DNA of 64,000 bases from Steroidobacteraceae bacterium (GCA_034005205.1 JAVEVD010000001.1:33197-97196); one strand, 5' to 3'. Shown: positions 8,923 to 18,436, numbered from the stretch's first letter. Program-made: numbers and translations. The notes: generated from the sequence alone by a model not told the origin.

Positions 8923-10125
8923 TTACTCCGCTCGCAGCGCCTCCACCGGCTCGAGCCGCGCCGCACGCATCGCCGGCAAGACGCCGGAAACGAGCCCGAC
9001 CGCCACCGCAAGCGCCTCGGACATCACAATGAACGGCAATGAATAGCTGACCGGCAACGCGGGAACCGCCAGATCCAGGCTGGCCGCGACAGCAAGGCCG
9101 ACCACCAGACCGCCGCCGCCGCCGATAGCGGCCAGCAGCACCGCCTCGGACAGAAACACACGCAGCACCTGGCTGCGAGCCGCACCGAGCGCGCGCAGCA
9201 ACCCGATTTCCGTCGTGCGCTCCCGCACGCCGATCGTCATGATCGTGAAGATGCCCACTCCACCCACCAGCAGCGAGATGCTGCCGAGCGCGCCGACGGC
9301 GAAAGTGAGCACGCTCAGCACGGAGCCCAGCGTATCGAGCATCTGCTGCTGCGTCGTGATCGTGAAGTCCTCGTCGCCATGACGCGCGATGAGAATGCGC
9401 CGCACGCCTTCGACGACTTCCTGCACGCTCGCGTCCTCGGCGTGACTGACCTGGATCTCGAACACGCTCTGGCGATCGAACAGCTCGAGCGCGCGCGCAG
9501 TCGGCACGAACACCGTGTCATCGAGATCGAAACCCAGCGTCGTGCCCTTGGGCTGCATGACGCCCACGACGCGATAGCGCTGACCGCCCACCCGCACGTT
9601 GCGCCCCAGCGGATGCTCGCCGCGGAACAATTCCTCGTTCATCTTGGCGCCGAGCACGGCCAGATTGCGCGGCGCGCGCGGATCGTCCTCGGGCAGGAAG
9701 CGCCCCTGTGCGACTTCGAAGCGGAAGGCTTCGGCGAATGAAGGGCCTACGCCGAGAATCGTGGTGCGCCGCTTGCGTCCCAACGCTTCCACTTCGGCGT
9801 TGCCCTGCATCATCGCGTTGGTTGAGAGCACGTGCGGCGCGCGAGCGAGCGCCTGAGCGTCATCCACTGTCAGCGGGCGCACATTGCCGAACGCGCCGAT
9901 CGATCCGCCGAGCGTTTGGGTGCGCCCTGGCGTCACGCTGATGATGTTCGTGCCGAACTGCGTGAACTCGGAAAGCACGAACCTGCGCACGCCCTCGCCA
10001 ATGGATGTCAGCAGCACGACGGCGGCGACGCCGATCCCGACGCCCAGCGCCGTCAGCGATGCCCGCAGGCGATGCGCGCGAATGGAGCCGGAGGTCAGGC
10101 GGACGAGATCGGCAAGGCGCATCAC
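8923..10125 (-). CDS. ABC transporter permease, MacB/FtsX family (cluster A, second permease)
   Basis: 400 aa. N-terminal TM, large periplasmic domain, then a C-terminal FtsX-type 3-TM bundle (TEIGLLRALGAARSQV...). Confidence 0.9.
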   Translation of the reverse strand: MMRLADLVRLTSGSIRAHRLRASLTALGVGIGVAAVVLLTSIGEGVRRFVLSEFTQFGTNIISVTPGRTQTLGGSIGAFGNVRPLTVDDAQALARAPHVLSTNAMMQGNAEVEALGRKRRTTILGVGPSFAEAFRFEVAQGRFLPEDDPRAPRNLAVLGAKMNEELFRGEHPLGRNVRVGGQRYRVVGVMQPKGTTLGFDLDDTVFVPTARALELFDRQSVFEIQVSHAEDASVQEVVEGVRRILIARHGDEDFTITTQQQMLDTLGSVLSVLTFAVGALGSISLLVGGVGIFTIMTIGVRERTTEIGLLRALGAARSQVLRVFLSEAVLLAAIGGGGGLVVGLAVAASLDLAVPALPVSYSLPFIVMSEALAVAVGLVSGVLPAMRAARLEPVEALRAE

Positions 10126-10261
10126 AGCCGCCTCTGCCTGCAGCGCTTGACAGTGATCGCACGCTCCGAGCGGTCGTTCGACACTATCCCTGGCGAGCTC
10201 GGAACGCCGCCTCGCGGCGCCCCAGCGCTCGACGGCTCGATGAGCGGCGCCGCACCCACGC

Positions 10262-11473
10262 TCACTTCCTTCCTGCGAGCGCTGCGACCGGATCGAGTTG
10301 CGCAGCGCCGCGCGCCGGCGTCCAGCCGAACAATACGCCGCTCACGAGCGCGGTCGCGAGCGCCAGCCCGATCGCCCAGAACGGCGCATGGAGCGGCAAC
10401 GCCGGATACAGACCACGCACGGCCCAATTGGCCGCGAATCCGACTGCAAGGCCGGCGAGCGCGCCGGCGATCGACAGCAACACGGCCTCTGTCAGAAACA
10501 GCGCGGTGATCTGGCGTCGGGTCGCGCCGATCGCCTTCAGCAGGCCGACCTCGGCGGTGCGCTGACTGACCGACACCAGCATCACGTTCATGATGAGCAC
10601 GCCCGCCACCACCAGGCTGATCGAAGCGATGCCGGCCAGGGTGAGCGTCAGTGCGGTGAAGATGCGGTCGAAGGTGGAGAGCAGCGCATCCTGCGTGATG
10701 ACCGTGACGTCCTCCTCGCCCTGATGGCGCTCACGGATCGCAGCGACCACCGCTTGCTGCGCGCGCGGCAAGGCCTCACGGCTGCGTGTCTGGATCAGCA
10801 GCCGGAACAGCGATTCGGTATTGAACAGCGCTTGCGCCGCGCCCACCGGAACGATCACCAGCTCCTGCGAGTCGAGGCCGATCGTACGCCCCTCGTCGCC
10901 CAACACGCCGATCACGCGGAAACGGCGGTCGCCGATGCGCAGATTCGCGCCGAGCGCGTCGCGCGCCGGAAACAGTTCGCGGGCGATGTTCGCACCGATG
11001 ACGCACACCGCCCGGTCAGCCGCCAGCTCGCCCTCCGGCAGGAAGCGACCGCGCTGCAGCTCGAAGGCGTAGATCTCGAGGAAGTCGGAGTTCGCGCCCA
11101 GCACCGGCGCCTCCCGTTCGAGCGCTCCGACTGAAACGGGCGCCGAACCGACCACCAGCGGCGCAACGCGTTCGACTTCCGTAATACGAAGCACCGCCTG
11201 AGCATCGCCGAGCGTGAGATCGCGCGGCGTCTCTCCGCTCAGCAAACCCGGGGCCACGCCGCCAGTTTCTGAGCGGCCGGGAATCACGATGATCAGGCGC
11301 GCGCCCAAGGCCTGGAACTCGCCCGTGACATACCTCCGCGCGGCTTCTCCCAGAGACGTGAGCACCACCACCGACGCCACGCCGATGCTCATCGCGAGCA
11401 GCAGCATGAGGCTGCGCAGCCGCGCGCGCAGCGCGGATTGAGCGGACAGACGCAACAGATCGCGGAATGACAT
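10262..11473 (-). CDS. ABC transporter permease, MacB/FtsX family (cluster A, first permease)
   Basis: 403 aa. Same architecture as 8923..10125 (TAEVGLLKAIGATRRQI...). Confidence 0.9.
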   Translation of the reverse strand: MSFRDLLRLSAQSALRARLRSLMLLLAMSIGVASVVVLTSLGEAARRYVTGEFQALGARLIIVIPGRSETGGVAPGLLSGETPRDLTLGDAQAVLRITEVERVAPLVVGSAPVSVGALEREAPVLGANSDFLEIYAFELQRGRFLPEGELAADRAVCVIGANIARELFPARDALGANLRIGDRRFRVIGVLGDEGRTIGLDSQELVIVPVGAAQALFNTESLFRLLIQTRSREALPRAQQAVVAAIRERHQGEEDVTVITQDALLSTFDRIFTALTLTLAGIASISLVVAGVLIMNVMLVSVSQRTAEVGLLKAIGATRRQITALFLTEAVLLSIAGALAGLAVGFAANWAVRGLYPALPLHAPFWAIGLALATALVSGVLFGWTPARGAAQLDPVAALAGRK

Positions 11474-11491
11474 TTATGAGTGGGGTCTGAA

Positions 11492-11542
11492 GCGGATAGC
11501 GGATAGTGGTTAGCGGTCCGCTAACCGCTAACCGCTAACCGC
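11492..11542. repeat. Inverted heptamer array: GCGGATA GCGGATA GTGGTTA GCGG-t-CCGC TAACCGC x3 (about 25-bp imperfect hairpin)
   Basis: Read directly. The right arm overlaps the last five codons and the TAG stop (11528-11530) of the ABC ATPase gene. Confidence 0.85.
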
Positions 11543-12217
11543 TTCCTTCTCCCTATCCTCCACGATCCTGCCGTCCCGCATCCTGATGCGGCGGCGCGCG
11601 CGGTCGCCGACTTCGATATCGTGGGTCACCACGAGCAGCGTGATGCCCGCTGCATTTAGCGACTCGATGGCGTTGAGCACTTCGGCGCCCGAGGCGTGAT
11701 CGAGATTGCCGGTAGGCTCGTCGGCCAGCAGGACAGTGGGCTTCATCACCATCGCGCGGGCGATCGCGACGCGCTGACGCTGACCGCCCGACAGCTCGTT
11801 CGGACGATGGTGCGCTCGATCGGCGAGACTGAGGCTGTCGAGCAGCTCGGTTACGCGCCGCCGACGCTGGGCTGCGGGCTCGCCGGCGAGCACCATCGGC
11901 AGCTCGATGTTTTCGAACGCGGTCATGCGCGGCACAAGGTGGAAGGACTGGAAGACGAAGCCGATCTTGCGGCCGCGCATCAGCGCCAGCTCGTCGTCGC
12001 TGAGAGAGATGGTGTCTCGTCCATCCAGCAGGTACTCACCGCTGGTGGGCCGATCGAGCAGGCCGATGATGTTGAGGAGCGTGGATTTCCCGGAACCGGA
12101 CGGACCCATGATCGACAGGTACTCGCCCGACTCGATGCGCAGGTCCACCTCATCCAGCGCGCGCACCTGCTGATCCCCCATGACGAAATGGCGGCTCACG
12201 CTGCGCAACTCGATCAT
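11528..12217 (-). CDS. ABC transporter ATP-binding protein (MacB/LolD-like, cluster A)
   Basis: 229 aa. Walker A GPSGSGKST, signature LSGGQRQRVAIARA, Walker B LLADEPTGNLD. Confidence 0.95.
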   Translation of the reverse strand: MIELRSVSRHFVMGDQQVRALDEVDLRIESGEYLSIMGPSGSGKSTLLNIIGLLDRPTSGEYLLDGRDTISLSDDELALMRGRKIGFVFQSFHLVPRMTAFENIELPMVLAGEPAAQRRRRVTELLDSLSLADRAHHRPNELSGGQRQRVAIARAMVMKPTVLLADEPTGNLDHASGAEVLNAIESLNAAGITLLVVTHDIEVGDRARRRIRMRDGRIVEDREKEAVSG

Positions 12218-13371
12218 CGCGCGGCCGCTCGGCTGCTTTCCTGAGCGTACGCGGCGGCGCCGTCCGCCAGGCCTTCGCGGTCGATGCTGACGACGACGCG
12301 ATCACCTTCGTTGAGCCCGGCGAGCGCCTCGGTGTATTCCCAGTTGCGCAGGCCGGTTTCGATCTGCCGCAAGATCACCCGGCCTGCATCGGCGTCGTAG
12401 AGGTACACGCGATCCCCTTCGAGGAGCGCGCGCGTAGGGATGCGCAGCGCATTCTCGCGCTCCTGCAGGACGACTTCGATGTCCGCGCTGTAGCCGGGCA
12501 GCAACTGCACGCCCTCGATCTGCTCCAGCTCGGCCTCGACTTCCACGGTGCGGGCCTGCTTTTCCAGATCGAGCACGTACGGCGCAACGCGTCGCACGTG
12601 CGCCGGGAAAGTGCGGTCGCGAAAGGCGTCGAGCGTCACACGCGCGCGCATGCCTTGGCGGATGCGCGGCGCATCCACTTCATCGATCGGCGCCGTCACG
12701 TAGATGCAGCTCGCGTCGATCACGTCGACGGCCGGCGGCGTCGGGATGCCCACCGGCGAAGGCGTAACGAACTCGCCCAGCTCGCCGTTGATCTCCGCAA
12801 CCACGCCGTCGAACGGGGCGCGCAGCAGCATGCGCTCGATCGACGCATGCGCCTGCGCGATCCGCGCCTCGGCCACCTTGATGTTCTCGGTGGCGGCCCG
12901 GCAGGCCGCCTCCCGACTCTCCGCTTCGCCCTGCGCCTGATCGACCACATCCTCCGCGACGAGTTTGCGGGCCAGCAGCTTTTGAAGTCGATCGGCCTCG
13001 CGCCGCGCAACCTTGGCGGCGACGCAAACCTCTTCGGCCCGGGCCTGTGCGGCCGCCGCGTCGCGCTCGGCCAGCAAGAGCTGCGCCTTGATGTCTTCGC
13101 GCCAGAGCTCGAGCAGCACCTCGCCTGCTTTCACCCGGTCGCCTTTCTCGACCGGCAGGCGCGCGATCTGGCCGCCTGACGGCGGCGCGAGACGCGCTCG
13201 CAGGCAGGCTTCGATCGACCCGGCGCGCGTGTTGGTGACGGTTTCGGACACTACGCCGCGCTCAACCGGCGCGACCTCCACGGCGATCGCCTCCGGGCGC
13301 ATCGCATGGAACGCCCCGACCGCCAGCACGACGACCGCGCCGCCGATGATCAAGGAAGTGCGGCGCTTCAT
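12214..13371 (-). CDS. Efflux periplasmic adaptor, HlyD/MacA family (cluster A)
   Basis: ORF 12214..13506. The likely start is the Met at 13371 (MKRRTSLIIGGAVVVLAVGAF, TM anchor). Long coiled-coil segment. Its stop overlaps the ATPase start by 4 nt. Confidence 0.85.
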   Translation of the reverse strand: MKRRTSLIIGGAVVVLAVGAFHAMRPEAIAVEVAPVERGVVSETVTNTRAGSIEACLRARLAPPSGGQIARLPVEKGDRVKAGEVLLELWREDIKAQLLLAERDAAAAQARAEEVCVAAKVARREADRLQKLLARKLVAEDVVDQAQGEAESREAACRAATENIKVAEARIAQAHASIERMLLRAPFDGVVAEINGELGEFVTPSPVGIPTPPAVDVIDASCIYVTAPIDEVDAPRIRQGMRARVTLDAFRDRTFPAHVRRVAPYVLDLEKQARTVEVEAELEQIEGVQLLPGYSADIEVVLQERENALRIPTRALLEGDRVYLYDADAGRVILRQIETGLRNWEYTEALAGLNEGDRVVVSIDREGLADGAAAYAQESSRAAAR

Positions 13372-13643
13372 ACCGTGCAATCCGGGGCCGACAAATCGAA
13401 ACCTGACGACTCGATTAGCTTGAGCATGAAGTAGTTGATGCTTGCCGCACCCTCTCGACTGACTTGGCTGATCACGTGAGCGCTGCTCGATTCTGCAGAG
13501 TACCATCCAACGGACTGGCGGTGATCGTGGGGCGTGGATCGGCGAAGCCGCGGCGGCGACCGGCCAACACAGCGGCTTACAGGGCGTGCGATCCCGGGTT
13601 TAGAATCCGCCGCTCCCATGGCGACGGCGGCCCACAGGACCTC

Positions 13644-14879
13644 ATGGCCCTCGACCAGAACGCTCTCGACAGTCTGCGCATCGAACGCGACAGCGACGCC
13701 GAACCGACCGAGTCGAGGCGGATCTACAAGTGGGTCATCCTCGCGGCGCTGTTGCTGGCCGCAATCGCCGCCGGCTATGCGATGTTGCGCAACGACGCAG
13801 CGCCAGTCGACACGATCACCGTGCAGGCGGCGGCGGCCGACAGCTCGGGCGGCGTAGGCGCCGCGGTGCTCAATGCTTCCGGGTACGTCGTGGCCCGACG
13901 GCAGGCGACCGTCTCGGCCAAAGTCACCGGCAAGGTGGCGGAAGTGCTGATCGAAGAAGGCATGGAGGTCAGCGAGGGTCAGTTGCTCGCTCGGCTGGAC
14001 GATCAGACGCAGCAGCCGCTTTACGAGCTCGCGCAGCGCCAGCTTGATGCGGCCCGCAAGAACCTCGAGGAAGTCGAGGTGCGCATCGCCGAAGCCGAGC
14101 GCAATCTGCAACGCATGGAGCGGCTTCGCAAGGACAATCTGGTGAGCGTCGCTCAGCTCGACCAGGCGCAGGCGGAGTTCGCCGCGCTGACCGCCCGGCT
14201 GGAAGCGCTGCGCAGCGAGGTGAAAGTCGCCGAGGGCGGCGTACGCGTGCGCGCGCAGGAGCTCGAGGATCTGGAGGTGCGCGCGCCGTTCGCCGGAGTG
14301 GTCATTTCCAAGGATGCGCAACCGGGAGAGATGATCTCGCCGATCTCTGCCGGCGGCGGGTTCACTCGCACCGGCATCGCCACGCTCGTGGACATGGACT
14401 CGCGCGAGATCGAAGTAGACGTCAACGAGGCGTTCATCAATCGAGTACAGCCGAACCAGCGCACCGAGGCTGTGCTCGATGCGTATCCGGAGTGGAGAAT
14501 CCCAAGCCATGTGATCAACATCGTGCCGACTGCCGACCGGCAGAAGGCCACGGTGCGCGTGCGCATCGCCTTCGATGAGCTCGATCCGCGTATCCTGCCG
14601 GACATGGGCGTCAAGGTGAGCTTCTTCGAGGAAGCAGAGCAGCTGAGCGACGCGGCGACGCGTCCGGCGGTGCGCGTGCCTGCCGCAGCGGTGGTGCGCG
14701 AGGGCGAGGTGAGCTACGTGTGGCGCGTCGTGAACGACAAAGTCGAGCGCGTGGCCGTACGCGTCGGCGCGGAGCGCAACGGGCAGATCGAGGTGTTGTC
14801 CGGCGTGAGCCCAGGAGACGTCCTGGCGGCCAGCGCGGTCGAGGCCCTGAGCGAAGGCGCTGCGGTGCGACCCCGGTAA
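13644..14879 (+). CDS. Efflux periplasmic adaptor, HlyD/MacA family (cluster B)
   Basis: ORF 13464..14879. The likely start is the ATG at 13644 (MALDQNALDSLRIERD...), followed by TM WVILAALLLAAIAAGYAM, a coiled coil and a beta-barrel. Confidence 0.85.
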   Translation: MALDQNALDSLRIERDSDAEPTESRRIYKWVILAALLLAAIAAGYAMLRNDAAPVDTITVQAAAADSSGGVGAAVLNASGYVVARRQATVSAKVTGKVAEVLIEEGMEVSEGQLLARLDDQTQQPLYELAQRQLDAARKNLEEVEVRIAEAERNLQRMERLRKDNLVSVAQLDQAQAEFAALTARLEALRSEVKVAEGGVRVRAQELEDLEVRAPFAGVVISKDAQPGEMISPISAGGGFTRTGIATLVDMDSREIEVDVNEAFINRVQPNQRTEAVLDAYPEWRIPSHVINIVPTADRQKATVRVRIAFDELDPRILPDMGVKVSFFEEAEQLSDAATRPAVRVPAAAVVREGEVSYVWRVVNDKVERVAVRVGAERNGQIEVLSGVSPGDVLAASAVEALSEGAAVRPR

Positions 14880-14981
14880 GGTTCAAGGGCGTCGGGTTCG
14901 CAACCCACCGAATCTCGCCAGCAGACTGAGCGCATTCAACATGCAACCTGGGGAAGCTCTGATTTATTTACTACCCTGATC

Positions 14982-15026
14982 ATGCAAGTCGAAGAGGCGC
15001 CCTTGATGCAAGGGCTTCGAGTGCAT
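14982..15026 (+). other. Imperfect long hairpin inside the 214-nt MFP-ATPase spacer of cluster B
   Basis: Core GCCCTTG (14999-15005), loop atg, CAAGGGC (15009-15015). It is flanked by TCGAA/TTCGA and ATGCA/TGCAT pairings. The motif atgcaa occurs three times in the spacer. Confidence 0.45.
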
Positions 15027-15093
15027 CGACATCACGGAAGCAAGAGTAGATCAGAGGCTCCCTGGCAAACCTGATGTCGATGGAGGAAAGGGC

Positions 15094-15771
15094 GTGCTGG
15101 TGAGACTGCGAGCGGTGACAAAAGACTACCGACGCGGCGCCGAGACGGTGCAGGTGCTGCGCAAGCTCGACCTGGACATTCCTTCCGGGGATTTCCTGGC
15201 GCTGATGGGGCCTTCGGGATCCGGCAAGTCCACGCTGCTCAATCTGATCGGCGGACTGGATCGGCCGAGCGCCGGCTCGATCGAGATCGCCGGCAAGCGC
15301 ATCGACGCCATGAGCGAAGGCGAGCTCGGCCGCTGGCGCGCGCGCAACGTCGGGTTCATCTTCCAGATGTACAACCTGCTGCCGGTGCTGAGTGCGGAAC
15401 GCAACGTGGAGCTGCCGCTGCTGCTCACGTCGCTGTCTGCGAGCGAGCGGCGCAAACGTGTGCAAGCCGCGCTCGCCCTCGTGGGACTGACCGAACGCGC
15501 CAAGCACAAGCCGCGCGAGCTGTCCGGCGGCCAGGAGCAGCGTGTCGGCATCGCGCGCGCCATCGTCTCCGACCCGACGATCCTGCTGTGCGACGAGCCG
15601 ACCGGCGACCTGGACCGCAAGTCGGGCGATGAGATCCTCGAGCTGCTGCAGGCGCTGAACGAACAGCAGGGCAAGACGATCGTCATGGTCACGCACGATC
15701 CGCACGCAGCCGAGCGCGCGCGGCGCGTGCTTCACCTGGACAAGGGTCAGCTCGAACAGCGCGCAGCCTGA
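15094..15771 (+). CDS. ABC transporter ATP-binding protein (MacB/LolD-like, cluster B)
   Basis: 225 aa. GTG start preceded by GGAGGAAAGGG. Walker A GPSGSGKST, signature LSGGQEQRVGIARA, Walker B LLCDEPTGDLD. Confidence 0.95.
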   Translation: MLVRLRAVTKDYRRGAETVQVLRKLDLDIPSGDFLALMGPSGSGKSTLLNLIGGLDRPSAGSIEIAGKRIDAMSEGELGRWRARNVGFIFQMYNLLPVLSAERNVELPLLLTSLSASERRKRVQAALALVGLTERAKHKPRELSGGQEQRVGIARAIVSDPTILLCDEPTGDLDRKSGDEILELLQALNEQQGKTIVMVTHDPHAAERARRVLHLDKGQLEQRAA

Positions 15772-15889
15772 GGTGCGCCGCTGGAGTCTACAGGCCGCCA
15801 GTCCGGCGAAATGGTCGGCGGTCGTGAGCCATGGCTGCGAAGCCGCTGCATTCATCGCGACCAGTCGTTCAGCGTTTGCGTAAACGATC

Positions 15890-17044
15890 ATGATCACACG
15901 CTACCTGCCGCTGCTGTGGGCGAATCTCATGCGCAAGCGCCTGCGCACGAGCCTTACGCTCGCATCGATCGTCATCGCGTTCCTGCTGTTCGGGCTGCTG
16001 CAGGCGCTGCGGCTCGCGCTCACCGGCACGCCCGAGCTCGCCGGAGTCGACCGGCTGATCACGATCCACAAGGTCTCGATCATCCAATCGCTGCCGCGGA
16101 GCTACCTCACCCGTATTCGCGGAGTCGACGGCGTGAAGGTGGCGACCTCGCTCGACTGGTTCGGCGGGATCTACCAGGACGATCGCAACCAGATCGGCTC
16201 GTTCCCCGTGGAGGTCGAGACCTTTTTCGACGTGTATCCGGAGTACCAGCTGCCGCCAGAGCAGCGGGCGGCCTGGGAGTCGGACCGCACTGCGGCGATC
16301 GTCGGGCAGGCGCTCATGGAGCGCTTCGGCTGGCAGGTGGGCGATGTGATCCCGCTCAGATCCAACATCTGGCGAAAGCAGGACGGCGGCAATGTGTGGG
16401 ACCTGCGCATTGCGGGCGTCTATTCCGCCGAGAACGGCGACAACTCGGGCTTGTACTTCCACTACGACTATTTCAACGAATCGCGCACAGCCGACCGAGA
16501 CCGCATCGGCTGGGTGGCGTTGCGCGTCGAGGATCCCGATCGCGCCGCGCAGATCGCCGCGCGCATCGATGAAATGTTCGCGAATTCCTCCACCGAGACG
16601 AAGACCACGACCGAGAAAGCCTTCGTTCAGGGCTTCGCCAATCAGCTGGGTAATATCGGCGCGCTGCTGACGGCGATCGCGGCGGCGGTCTTCTTCACCA
16701 TGCTGCTGGTCACCGCCAACACGATGGGTCAATCGATTCGCGAGCGCATCAGTGAAATCGGCGTGATGAAAACGTTGGGCTTCTCGGCGTTCAACGTCAC
16801 CTCCCTGGTGCTTGCCGAAGCGATGCTGGTGACGCTGCTCGGGGCCGCAATCGGCCTGACCCTCGCGAGTCTGGCCGTCGACGCCCTGGCGCAGGCGGTG
16901 CAGCAGTATTTCCCGCTGCTCGGGCTGCCGAACTCGACGTATGCGCTTGGCGCAGCGCTGGCGATCGGCCTCGGCGCAGCGGCGGCCGCGCTGCCGTGCG
17001 CCCAAGCCTGGCGGTTGAAGATCGTCGAGGCGCTGAGAAAATGA
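15890..17044 (+). CDS. ABC transporter permease, FtsX family (cluster B, first permease)
   Basis: 384 aa. N-terminal TM, periplasmic domain, C-terminal FtsX bundle (ISEIGVMKTLGFSAFNV...). Confidence 0.9.
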   Translation: MITRYLPLLWANLMRKRLRTSLTLASIVIAFLLFGLLQALRLALTGTPELAGVDRLITIHKVSIIQSLPRSYLTRIRGVDGVKVATSLDWFGGIYQDDRNQIGSFPVEVETFFDVYPEYQLPPEQRAAWESDRTAAIVGQALMERFGWQVGDVIPLRSNIWRKQDGGNVWDLRIAGVYSAENGDNSGLYFHYDYFNESRTADRDRIGWVALRVEDPDRAAQIAARIDEMFANSSTETKTTTEKAFVQGFANQLGNIGALLTAIAAAVFFTMLLVTANTMGQSIRERISEIGVMKTLGFSAFNVTSLVLAEAMLVTLLGAAIGLTLASLAVDALAQAVQQYFPLLGLPNSTYALGAALAIGLGAAAAALPCAQAWRLKIVEALRK

Positions 17045-17141
17045 ATTTCTGCGTCATGCATGAACCGCGCTGGCCGACCTGCAGCCTTCATGCATGATGC
17101 AGGGCGCTGCAGAGTTCTGATCGAGGTCGGGAGACGACTCA

Positions 17142-18335
17142 ATGTCAGGTAATGCGCTTGCACAGATCGCGGCGATCACGTCCATGAACGTGCGCAACAT
17201 GTCGGCGCGCGCAACCTCCTCGATCGTCGCGCTGGTCGGCGTCGCAGGCGTGGTCACCGTCCTCACGGGCGTGCTGTCCATCGCCGAAGGATTCCGCACC
17301 GTACTTGCACAGTCCGGCGCCGAGGATGTCGCCATAGTCCTGCGCAGCGGCGCCACCGAGGAAATGGGCAGCAGCTTCAGCAACGAGCAGACGCGCATCA
17401 TCGCCGACGCGCCGCAGATCGCCCGGGACGATGCAGGACCGATCGTCTCACCAGAGCTGTACGTCGTGGTCGACGTGCCGCTCAAGTCCACGGGCACGCC
17501 CGCCAATGTGCCGATGCGCGGCGTCGGGCCGCAGGCGATGCAGTTGCGCGAAGGGTTTCGCATGATCGAGGGCCGCCCGTTCACGCCCGGCAAGTTCGAG
17601 GTCATGGTCGGACGCGGCGCAGCCGCGCAGTTCGCAGGGCTCGGTCTCGGCAGTCGTCTGCGCTGGGGCTCGACCGAGTGGATCGTGACCGGAATCTTCG
17701 GCGATCGCGGCGGGGTCGCCGAATCGGAGATCTGGACCGACGCCGTCGTTCTGCAGGGCGCCTACAACCGCGGCAATACGTACCAATCGGTGCGCGCCAA
17801 GTTGATCTCGCCCGATGCGCTGCGGGGGTTCAAGGATGCGCTCACCACCGACCCGCGACTGAGCGTGCGCATCTTCACCGAAAAGGAATATTACGAGGAG
17901 CTCTCCCGCAGCCTCGTGACGCTGATCCGCACCATCGGTACGGCGATCGCCCTGCTCATGGGCCTGGGCGCGGTATTCGCCGCGCTCAACACCATGTACT
18001 CCGCGGTCGCCGCGCGCAATCGCGAGATCGCCACCCTGCGCGCGCTCGGTTTCGGGCCGGCCCCGGTGGTGATTTCGGTGCTCGCCGAGGCATTGCTCAT
18101 CGGGCTGATCGGCGGCTGCATCGGCATGGCGGTCGCGTACCTCGCATTCGACGGTCTGCGCACCTCGACGATCAACTTCGCCACCTTCAGCCAAGTGACC
18201 TTCGCGTTCGCGGTCACGCCCGAGGTGCTGGCGCAGGGTCTCATCTACGCACTCGCGCTCGGACTGATAGGCGGGCTGCTGCCGAGCGTCAGGGCGGCGC
18301 GCCTGCCGATCACCGCGGGCCTGCGCGAACTCTGA
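17142..18335 (+). CDS. ABC transporter permease, FtsX family (cluster B, second permease)
   Basis: 397 aa. Same architecture as 15890..17044 (NREIATLRALGFGPAPV...). Confidence 0.9.
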   Translation: MSGNALAQIAAITSMNVRNMSARATSSIVALVGVAGVVTVLTGVLSIAEGFRTVLAQSGAEDVAIVLRSGATEEMGSSFSNEQTRIIADAPQIARDDAGPIVSPELYVVVDVPLKSTGTPANVPMRGVGPQAMQLREGFRMIEGRPFTPGKFEVMVGRGAAAQFAGLGLGSRLRWGSTEWIVTGIFGDRGGVAESEIWTDAVVLQGAYNRGNTYQSVRAKLISPDALRGFKDALTTDPRLSVRIFTEKEYYEELSRSLVTLIRTIGTAIALLMGLGAVFAALNTMYSAVAARNREIATLRALGFGPAPVVISVLAEALLIGLIGGCIGMAVAYLAFDGLRTSTINFATFSQVTFAFAVTPEVLAQGLIYALALGLIGGLLPSVRAARLPITAGLREL

Positions 18336-18436
18336 GGAACCTCTCACTTACTCCGAGAGGACGCAGCCGACGGCCCGTGGACACCGCTGGCGCATGAAGC
18401 AACAATCTTACGCATCCGCCGCACGCAGGCTTCACC

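Noticed and set aside
8774-11546. Heptamer arrays as a CRISPR array
   Set aside because: The units are 7 nt and directly abutting, with no spacers. No cas genes are present.
13368-14510. 380-aa minus-strand ORF across the divergent region and cluster-B adaptor; similarly 15869..17005, 17448..18347 and 14980..15897
   Set aside because: They are antisense to ABC-system genes with clear motifs. They have no motifs of their own and the usual high-GC shadow composition.
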